Of a stretch of 64,000 bases of DNA, positions 10,893 through 19,639 are shown one piece after another. A program made the position numbers and the translations under genes. The notes below the pieces were generated by a model. That model saw only the letters and a program-made list of their open reading frames with translations, did not search any database and was not told the DNA's origin. Position 1 is the stretch's first letter. Each line of letters begins with the position of its first letter. Location of the stretch: the NCBI GenBank assembly GCA_963790405.1, contig CAWBOJ010000006.1:466579-530578 (forward strand), read 5' to 3'. The stretch is from an uncultured Actinomycetota bacterium. GTDB lineage: Bacteria; Actinomycetota; Coriobacteriia; Anaerosomatales; JAGXFU01.

Positions 10893-12412
10893 ATGAAGCG
10901 GATCATCATCATCGGTGGCGGTGCGGCGGGTCTGGGCGCTGCGTACAAGGTAGCCGCGGGCAGCCGAAGCGGGTCACGACGTCGAGTTCGTGCTCGTCGA
11001 GAAGGACTCTCGGCTCGGCGGCAAGATCACGAGCGAGACGGTCTCGCGATGAGTGGGGCGGCGCAGACGGCGCCGAGTTCATGATCGACGGCGGCCCGGA
11101 CTGCTTCCTCACGAGCAAGCCTGCCGTGCATCGCATCGCCAAGCTCAGCGGGCATCTTCGATGACGAGCTTCCCAGCGATGAGTCCCGCAAGAAGACGCT
11201 GATCCTGTCGCGGGGCGGGCTCTACGAGATGCCCGACGGCGTGATGATGTTCGCGCCCACGAAGTTCGTGCCGTTCGCGACGACGGGCCTGTTCTCGTGG
11301 CCCGGCAAGATCCGCATGGGCATGGACCTGTTCGTGCCCAAGAAGCAGGTCCCCGAAGGGGAGCTCAACGACGAGACTCTCGAGGACTTCATCGTGCGCC
11401 GCATGGGTCGCGAGTGCCTCGATCGCCTCGCGGAGCCGCTCGTCGGCGGCGTGCATGCGTCTGATCCCAACGCAGATGTCGCTCGCGGCGACGTTCCCGA
11501 ACCTGCTCGAGATGGAGCAGAAGTACGGTCAGCATGGTAAGAGGCTTCCTCGCCGCACGCAAGAAGGTCGAAGAGATGAAGAAGAAGTATCCGCTGAAGC
11601 CGGGCGACAAGCCCAGGACGTTCTTCACGTCGTTCACCGGTGGCATGCAGGAACTCACCGACACGATGGCTGATGCCGCGGGACGCGACGAGCATCCGCA
11701 CCGGCTCCGCCGTGACCGAGTCGATCACGCGTGACGGCGACGGCTGGAGCGTGCGCTCTCGCAGACGGATCGACGCGTCGACGGCGATGCGCTCGATCGT
11801 TGCGACCGAGTCGTGGGCTGCCGAGCCGCTCATGCGCGGCAGTCGACGACGCAGATCGCCGATGCGCTGGCAGAGATACCCGGCAGCTCCTCGGCGACCG
11901 TGTCGATGGGTTTCCGCGAAGATGAGATCGGCATCGACATGAACGCGTTCGGGGTGCTGTGCCCGCAAGTCGAGGAGCGCGCGCTTCTTGGCGGCGACGT
12001 ACTCGTCGACCAAGTGGCCGGGGCGTGCGCCCGAGGGCAAGGTGCTCATGCGCGGTTTCGTGGGCGGTCCGCAGAACCAGACGATCATGGAGAAGAGCGA
12101 CGACGAGCTTGTCGAGATCGTGCTGCGCGAGATGCGCGAGATCCTCGGCATCAAGGGTGAGCCGCTGTTTGCCACGCATCTACCGGTGGACCTCGGGATG
12201 CCGCAGTACACGATGGGCCACCTGGGTCGCGTCGAGCTCATCGAGTCAGCGCTGCGCCGAGACTCCCGGGTCTGGCGCTGGCGGGCGGCTCGTACACAGG
12301 CGTGGGTATTCCGAACTGCATCGAGAGCGGTGAGCGTGCGGTCTCGAAGGTGCTCGGCGAGTGGGATATCGAGCTTGCCGAGGACACGGTCGAGGAGAAG
12401 CGCCACCACTAG
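10893..12412 (+). pseudogene. hemY: HemY-type protoporphyrinogen/coproporphyrinogen III oxidase, copy 2 (tandem paralogue), many frameshifts
   Basis: ATG 10893 starts MKRIIIIGGGAAGLGAAYKV. Homology is collinear with copy 1 across frames (ORFs 10836-11084, 11229-11540, 11534-11734, 11640-11942, 11813-12160, 11988-12419). The corrected tail GVGIPNCIESGERAVSKVLGEWDIELAEDTVEEKRHH ends at TAG 12410-12412. Confidence 0.8.
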
Positions 12413-12461
12413 CGCGTGATCGCTCCGCCGCCGACAGGGGCGTCCGTGCTCAGACATACGC

Positions 12462-12486
12462 GAAGGGCCGCTCACGGCGGCCCTTC
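12462..12486. terminator. Bidirectional hairpin between convergent hemY copy 2 and the IMPase-like gene
   Basis: Perfect 10-bp stem GAAGGGCCGC / GCGGCCCTTC with a 5-nt loop (tcacg). It is nested inside a 16-bp outer inverted repeat (12425-12440 / 12506-12521). Confidence 0.55.
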
Positions 12487-12526
12487 TGCGTAACTGCGCG
12501 CGGAACCCCTGTCGGCGGCGGCGCAC

Positions 12527-13422
12527 TCACGCGTCCAGAATGACCGTCGCCATCTCCGCGTGCAGCCGCGGGTTCGCGGCGATGATGCCCTTCGAGGCCG
12601 GCGTCCAGCGGCTCGCCGTCGATGCCAGTGACCTCGGCTCCGGACTCGCGCAGGATGACCACTCCCGCCGCGGTGTCCCAGGGTTGCAGGCCGAACTCCC
12701 AGAAACCGTCGGCACGTCCGGACGCGACGTGGCAGCAGTCGATCGCTGCCGAGCCGTCGCGTCGCATTCCGTGTACGGGCGCTCGAAGGAATCGGGCGAG
12801 TACGTCGAGCTGTCGGTCGAGCGTGCTCGGCGCGATCGTAGGGGAAGCCCGTACATGAGCGAATCGCGTCAAGACCGATCGACGCGATCCGCACGTGATT
12901 CGATGCGCCATTTCGGAAGCGCGCCCGAACCCGTGGCCAGCCGAGAAGAGCTCCTCGGCAGGGATGTTGTAGACGGCGCCGGCGACCGGGTCTCCGTCGC
13001 GCAGAAGCGCCACCGAGACCGAATAGCACGGGAATCCGTGGACGAACGAGGTGGTGCCGTCGAGCGGGTCGATCGAGCCAGACCTCGTCGATCATCGAGC
13101 GGCGCCATGCGTGACTCCGGTGAGTTCGTGACCTCGTCCTCTTCGATCACGACGCGCGCGTCGGGATCACGTGCCAGGATCTCGTGTCACGACCGCGACG
13201 CCGGCAGCGATGTCGGTGTCGGTGACCATGTCGGTCGCGCGGCCTTTGAGCGGATATCGCCGTGTCTCGGCCGCGCTGTGCAACGAGCAGTCCTGCTGTG
13301 CGGACGGCCCGCTCCGCAGTCTCGAGGGCGTCAATCAGTGCGCGTTCGGGAGCAATCTCATCGGGGTCGTCCGGCCGAGTCTCGCTCATGCGTTCTCGCA
13401 ATCGTCGTGTTCGGGAATCCAT
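12527..13422 (-). pseudogene. Inositol monophosphatase family protein (SuhB-like), frameshifted
   Basis: Minus-strand fragments 12527-12856, 12450-13013, 12869-13150 and 13147-13422. IMPase motifs are recoverable across frames: IDPLDGTTSFVHGFPCYS (around 13030-13085) and WDTAAGVVILRESGAEVTGIDGEPLD. The C-terminus reads GIIAANPRLHAEMATVILDA. Confidence 0.7.
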
Positions 13423-13479
13423 AGAGTAAGCTCAGTTTCGAGTGTACCCGTCCCTGTCCTGCGACCCATGGGAGTTCAG

Positions 13480-14422
13480 ATGTTCCACGAAGGATTCGAC
13501 GCCAGCCTCACACCCGAGATGGCCGAGGAGTTGCGCGAGCGAGCGAATGCGTCCCGTGGTTCGGTCCTGACTGCCACGAGCGTCGCCGGATCGGGTCATC
13601 CCGGCGGGTCGATGTCGTCGATGGAGCTCTACACCGTGCTGCTACTCGTGCGCCCGACTCCGACCAGTCGAGCCCCGCTGGTCGGATCGTGACCGCATCG
13701 TCGTCAGCCACGGTCATACATCGCCGGGTGTGTACGCGGCGCTTGCCTCGGCGGGCTTCTTGCCGTGCGAGGAGTTCGAGGCTCACTTCCGACAGGCGGG
13801 AAGCCTGTTCGAGGGCCACGTCGAGCGTGCGGTGCCCGGTGTTGAGTGGTCGACGCGGCAACCTGGGTCAGGGGCTGTCAGCCGGGCGTGGGAATGGCGC
13901 TCGGGGCACGAATGACGGGCGGTCGGTGGCACACGTACGTCGCTGATGAGCGATGGCGAGCAACACAAGGGGCAGGTCGCGGAGGCGCGTCGGCTCGCGG
14001 CTAAGGAGGGTCTGACCGACCTGACGGTGCTCGTCGATCTGCAACGGCATCCAGATATCGGGTCGCACAGTCGACGTCATGCCCGTTCGCGTGGCCGAGG
14101 ACTTCGCTGCCGACGGGTGGCGTGTGATCGAGGTCGACGGGCACGACGTCGAGGCCATGTACGCGGCGCTTGCTCGATGCGAGCTGCGGATACCGCGTGG
14201 CCCGTCTGCATCGTCGCGCACACGGTGATCGGCAAGGGCGTGTCGTTCATGGAGGGCGACCCTGAATTCCACGGGCGAGGGCTGACCGACGAGGAGTACG
14301 CGACGCGCGATGGCGGAACTGGGTCTGGAGCCTCACGACTGGCAGGCTGCCTCGCGCGCGTCGCGCCGAGCCGGTCACGTGTCGACGAGCTTGAGTTTCG
14401 CACGCCGGTTCCTCTCGTGTGA
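13480..14422 (+). pseudogene. Transketolase, N-terminal (TPP-binding) subunit, frameshifted
   Basis: ATG 13480 follows GGAG. Motifs: SGHPGGSMSSMELYTVL, DRIVVSHGHTSPGVYAAL, GNLGQGLSAG, GKGVSFMEGDPEFHG. Homology jumps between ORFs 13171-13692, 13730-13915, 13689-13946 and 13946-14422. The end is coupled to the next gene by GTGA. Confidence 0.75.
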
Positions 14423-15428
14423 CTCGGGCGAGCTCGCGAACCTACGATCCGCGAGAACACGACAGACAATCGTTCCGCCTGGGGTACCGCGCTGGTCGGA
14501 TCTCGCGCGGTCGAACCCCGATACTACCGATCGCCGTGCTCGACTGCGATCTTGGCCGTCTCGGTCAAGACCGATCGGGTTCGCCAAGGCCCGTCCAGAC
14601 GGATTCGTGCAGTGCGGGGTGGGAGAGCACAACGCCGCGACCGTCGGCGGTGCGCTGTCTACCACGGCAGTCCTCACGTTCTGGGCGGACTTCGGCGTGT
14701 TCGGATGCGACGAGGTCTACAACCAGCAGCGACTCAACGACATCAACGGAGCGGCGCTCAAGGCTCGCGCTGACGCACTGCGGCATCGACGTGGGCGAGG
14801 ACGGCAAGACCCACCAGTGTCTGGACTACGTCGGAGCGTTTCGCGACTTCTTCGGGTGGAAGGTGATCGTCCCTGCGGATCCCAACCAGACGGATCGTGC
14901 CGTCAGGGCCATGCCGCGCATGCAGGGCAACGTCTGCATCGCGATGGGTCGCAGCAAGCTGCCCGCGATCCTTGCGACACGACGGCGCGCCCGTCGTTCG
15001 CCGAGGGACTACGAGTTCGAGTACGGCCGCATCGACTGGGTGCGCGAAGGCGCTGACGCGACGCTGCTGGTCATGGGAACGCCCGCCGGTGAGGCGGTAG
15101 CGCGGCCGCCGACGCGCTTGTCAGCCGATGGGTACTGCGGTCGCAGTAGGCGTCGTGTCCGGCCCACTCGACCTCGACGAAGAGCGCGATGCGCGTGCGC
15201 CGCCGGCGTCTCTGATCGTGACCGTCGAGGACCACAACGTCCGCACGGGGCTCGGGGCATCGGTGGCCGAGTGGCTGGCGCTGGCGGCGATGGCGATGCC
15301 GTTCGAGCGCATCGGAATCGGAGGCGTATCAGCCGAGCGGAGCATCGGCGATCTCGCGGCACGTACCGGTCTCGACGCAGCAGGGAATAGCCGCGACGCT
15401 GCGAGGGATTCTCGGCGGTGAGGGGTAG
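14419..15428 (+). pseudogene. Transketolase, C-terminal (pyrimidine-binding) subunit, frameshifted
   Basis: GTG 14419 overlaps the upstream TGA. Motifs: GVGEHNAATVGGAL, THCGIDVGEDGKTHQCLDYVGAFR, KVIVPADPNQT. Several frame changes occur (ORFs 14419-15390, 14310-15056, 15128-15421). The corrected tail GLDAAGIAATLRGILGGEG ends at TAG 15426-15428. Confidence 0.75.
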
Positions 15429-15518
15429 ACGCGGTTCACCGCCCGGGCACGAGGCGTTCACACCATCTTCACGCACGACGGGCACTCTCATAAGGCACGA
15501 CGAGAGGAAGGCTGCCGG

Positions 15519-16211
15519 ATGAAGCACACGATCCTGGTCGTCGACGACAACGAGAAGATCGTCGAGGTGCTCAAGGCCTACCTCGAAGGCCGAGGGCTAT
15601 CGAAGTGCTGACCGCAGTTGATGGCGAGGACGGCCATGGCGCGCGCCGAGGAACGTCCGCCCTGATCTAGCGCTTCTCGACATCATGCTGCCGGGTATCG
15701 ACGGGATCGAACTCACGAAGCGGTTCCAGCGCCTGTGGGACATGCCGGTGATCCTGGTGACTGCACGTACCGACGAGATCGACCGTCTGATCGGACTTGA
15801 GGTCGGTGCGGACGACTACATCTCCAAGCCGTTCAGCCCTCGCGAGGTGGTAGCTCGGGTGAAGGCCGTGTTGCGCCGGGTCAAGAGTGCGACGGACGAG
15901 ACAGCCGAGACGATTCGCATCGACGGGTTGGTGATCGACGCCATGAGACGGTCGGTGGAGGTCGGATGGCGAGCAGGTGGAGCTTACCCGCACCGAGTTC
16001 GACATCCTGACGACGATGGCGGCACATCCGGGCCGAGTCTACAGCCGGCTACATCTGCTGGAGCTTGTGTCGGGCGACGCGTTTGAAGGCTACGAGCGCA
16101 CGATCGATGCACACGTGAAGAATCTGCGGCGCAAACTCGGGCGACGATCCCAAGTCCCCGCGGTTCATCCGGACCGTCTTCGGGGTTGGCTACAAGATCG
16201 AGCCTTCATGA
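15519..16211 (+). pseudogene. OmpR-family response regulator, frameshifted
   Basis: ATG 15519 starts MKHTILVVDDNEKIVEVLKAYLEG. The receiver domain continues in ORF 15685-16086 ([28 protein letters not shown]). The winged helix is in ORF 15977-16675 ([23 protein letters not shown]). The corrected tail RTVFGVGYKIEPS ends at TGA 16209-16211. Confidence 0.8.
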
Positions 16212-17337
16212 GGCGTCGCGCGACACTCGCGTGGCAGGTGTTCCTGTCGATTCTGGTGGTAGCACTCGTCTCGGTGCTCACTACCGGCCTTATCGCCCGG
16301 TACGCGCTCTCCGGCCAGTTCGCCGACTACGTGGGCGGGATGGGGACCGGCATGGGCGGAGGCCGCGGGATGGGTCGCGCGATGCTCGGCACGGCGGAAC
16401 AAGCGTTCCTCGGCGGGGTCGACAGGGCGATCATGTTGTCCGCACTTGCCGCGATCGTTATCGCGGCAATCGGTGCCCTGCTGCTTGCCCGGTATCTCGC
16501 CAGGCCGCTCCATACGCTCACTTCGGGCGCACGTCAGTTCGCCGGAGGAGACTGGAGCACCGAGTGCAGCTCGATGGACCCGGCGAGGTCGTTGATCTGG
16601 CGGAGGCCTTCAACGACATGGCGGATTCTCTGTCTGAGGCCGAAACGTTGCGTCGCCGGCTGGTTGCGGATGTAGCTCACGAGCTGAGAACCCCGATCGC
16701 GTCGTTGCGCGCGCAGACCGAGGCGATTGCCGAGGGTGTCTTGGAGCTGGACGACGAACGTGCGCGGTCACTCGTGGAGGATGCTACGCAGCTGTCCGTG
16801 CTCGTGAACGATTTGCAGGAACTCTCGGTGGCCGAGGCAGGCAAACTGCGCTACGACATGACGGAGCTCGATCTCGTGGAACTTGCTCGCCGAGAGACTC
16901 AGCGGGCGGAACCTCTACTCGCGGACGACGTACGAATCTCGGTGCAAGGACGCGCCGAACCCGTCAGCGCAGATGAGATGCGACTCGGTCAGGTGGTCAG
17001 GAACCTCATCTCGAATGCCGGAAGACACACAGAGCACGGAGAGATCTCGATTGTGGTATCGGATTCGAGCACAGATGGAGGTCCGGTTGTGCGATTCGAG
17101 GTCCGCGATACCGGCGAAGGTATACCCGCCGACGACCTGCCATACGTCTTCGAGCGGTTCTATCGAGCTGATACCAGCCGTACGGCCGGTACCGGTGGTG
17201 CCGGGATCGGACTAGCGATAGCTCGTCGAATCATCGAGGATCACGGAGGTACGGTGTTCGCTTCGAGCGAACCGGGCGTGCTGACAGTTGTGGGGTTCGA
17301 GTTGCCGCCTGCTGCGGGGTCGGCAACTCGAACCTAG
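16208..17337 (+). pseudogene. Sensor histidine kinase (2 TM, HAMP, HisKA, HATPase_c), one frameshift near 16560
   Basis: ATG 16208 overlaps the RR stop (ATGA). TM helices are in ORF 15977-16675. The H-box VADVAHELRTPIASL and ATPase boxes (RNLISNAGRHT, RDTGEGIPADDLPYVFERFYRAD, GGAGIGLAIARRIIEDHGG) are in ORF 16186-17337. Confidence 0.85.
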
Positions 17338-18661
17338 CCGGCAGCAAGTTCCGGTACTGCCGAACTGTCGCAGCCGGTTCCTTCGAGCAGCAACATCTTC
17401 TCCTCGATCGGAAGTGCCTCACGTTCCTGGTCTCTGTGGTCGTTTGAGGTAGCTAGCGTCTCTCGCATCATGACCATCAGCAGGTAGCGGCCCTTCTCGG
17501 TGAGCACGAGTTCGTCAGGCGTGTCGCTTGCGACTCCGCCGGCCGCCTTCATGAAGGCGATCTCCGCCCACAGACCGCGCTCGACCGGCACACCGAAGTC
17601 GCGTTCGAAGCGACGCTTGTCGAGCTTGAGGCCGAACAGATCCGTCACGAAGCGATAGCGCATCAGGCTTTTCGGCTATAGGGGTTGCCTCGCTTGGCCA
17701 CGGACATGTGACCAGCTGAGATTCTCTTCGAATAGTCGTGGAGAGAGAAGGTGTTCGCGTAGATTCTGCCGTCGAGGAACGACAGTGCTCCCGATCCTAT
17801 GCCGACGTACTGTTCGTAGTCGACGATGTATTCATCGATCATTGAGTCGATGTCGCGCGAGTAGGTCCACGCCGAGGTCGGGGTGAAGACATCGGCGAGC
17901 GCTTCCGTCGGCGATAACGGTAGTAGCGTGTTTCGCGCTGATAATCGATCCTGCCGACCGCGCTGGCCAGCTCACGTCTCATCTTTGGCGAAGCCATCAG
18001 GGGGTAGAACGTGGTCTGATTGGCTCCTGATGCCTTGAGAAGCTCGATGTCGTGCAGAAGCATTTCCTCTGTCTGAGACGGGAAGTTGAAGATCATGTCG
18101 ACGTTGAGCGAATGGAACTTGCCGGCGACTCCCCAGATCTTGTCGAACAGGTCGTCGCCCGTTCCGTACTTGTCGAGTCGATCCATCTGTCGCAGCAGTC
18201 CATCGTCGAAACTCTGGACGCCCACGGACAACCGGTGAACTCGATCGAGCGAGCGCATCGACGAGTTCGTCGTTGAGATGGTTTGGGCTCGTCTCGCACG
18301 AGACCTCAGTGATACCGAACAATGAGGTGGCAAGATCGATCGTCTCGGTGAGCTCGTCGAGAAGGATGGTCGGTGTTCCGCCGCCGATGTAGAGCGACGG
18401 GAAGTCGTATCCCATGTCCGCGACCATACGCATTTCTTCACGTAGGTGCTTGAAGTAGGAACGCGCGTGGTCTTCTCTGTACAAGAAGCGGTTGAACGAG
18501 CAGTACAGGCACAGTCGCTCGCAGAAGGGGACATGAGCGTAGAGAACGTAGCCCGTGTCAGGTTGGGGAGAGGGTAGACTCTCGAGTTCACATGGATCTT
18601 GCGCGAGGTAGGTCTTGTTGAGTATGCGCAGGGCAGCGGTAATCGCACGCTCGGAGAGCAT
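17334..18661 (-). pseudogene. HemN-like oxygen-independent coproporphyrinogen III oxidase family radical SAM protein, frameshifted
   Basis: Minus-strand fragments 17972-18661, 17839-18648 and 17334-17663. The radical SAM cluster motif is HVPFCERLCLYCSF. Other matches: LYIGGGTPT, RLSVGVQSFDDGLLRQMDR and a HemN_C-like tail (FERDFGVPVERGLW). Confidence 0.75.
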
Positions 18662-18903
18662 CAGTGTCCCTTCGTTCGATATGAATGCTCACGTACGCCG
18701 GTTTGTGGCGAGGCTCGGCGAGCACTCTATCGATCGCGACCCCTGACCCCCGTCGGCGCTAGCCGACGATCCCCCTTGCGGTCTGCCGACATCTCGCCGG
18801 CAGGAGTCCCGTCAAAACCTCTCCACGCCTTGAATTCTACGAACAAGGGTGCCTTCCTGCCTCGTGATGCCGCGATAAGAGGAGAATCGCGAGTTGGAAA
18901 GCG

Positions 18904-18936
18904 ACGAAGCCCCGGGACGTAGCCCCGGGGCTTCGT
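18904..18936 (-). terminator. Strong hairpin downstream of the hydrogenase operon
   Basis: Perfect 13-bp stem ACGAAGCCCCGGG / CCCGGGGCTTCGT with a 7-nt loop, about 30 nt past the cytochrome b stop (18965). Confidence 0.6.
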
Positions 18937-18964
18937 ACGTTGTGATGCTTACGACGGTGGTCTT

Positions 18965-19637
18965 CTAGTGACCGCCGCTTGCGACCTTGCCGGTCTTGGG
19001 GTCGAAGTGGATACCCTCTTCTTCCTCCCAGGCGAAGATCAGCTTGGAGGGCGCGAAGCCTTCGACGTTGGCCAGGTAGGCGTGGATAGCCGTGAAGACG
19101 AGGAAGATCCACATCATGAAGTAGTGGAGGATCCTCATGTTCATCGGCCCGCCGATCCAGGCTGTCGAGAAGATGGACCAGTCCATCGTCGGCGCGTAGA
19201 TGGCAGAAGCCTGTGTAGGCCATGAAGTAGGTGAGCGGAATGGTCGCGATGTATGCGATCTTCTGGAGCACACCGTACTTCCCGCCGAGCGGGTGATCCT
19301 TCTTGAAGAACAGGTAGTACTTGATCCATGGGACCAACTGGTGACGGTTGGCCGTCTGCGGCAGCCAGTTCTTGATGTCCGTGTCCTGCTCACGTGTACC
19401 GAGCATGACCGCGCTCTTGACGAAGAACGAAGCCAGGATGCGGAACGTGAGGTTGATGATCAGGACATACATGAAGAAGAAGTGCATGCCACGAGCCACA
19501 CCCATGAATCCGGCAAAGAACGGATAGTGGATGTAGAAGCCCGAGAAGGCCAAGGACACCATCGAGATCAGGTTGATCCAATGGGTGAGGACGAACACCA
19601 TCGGGTGCGCCTCACGGTAATGAGCCGGGTGCGACAT
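18965..19637 (-). pseudogene. Ni/Fe-hydrogenase b-type cytochrome subunit, one frameshift near 19205
   Basis: ATG at 19637 lies 2 nt after the large-subunit TAG. It starts MSHPAHYREAHPMVFVLTHWINLISMVSLAFSGFYIHYP and has 4 TM-like segments. The C-terminal half is in ORF 18965-19393 (IYAPTMDWSIF...RILHYFMMWIFLVFTAIHAYL). Confidence 0.8.
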
Positions 19638-19639
19638 GA

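Noticed and set aside
9317-12412. The two hemY copies as an assembly duplication artefact
   Set aside because: The copies differ by many substitutions at both DNA and protein level (for example VNGSDPAQ versus VHASDPN, and different N- and C-termini). They are diverged paralogues rather than a duplicated collapsed repeat. Read-level confirmation is still advisable.
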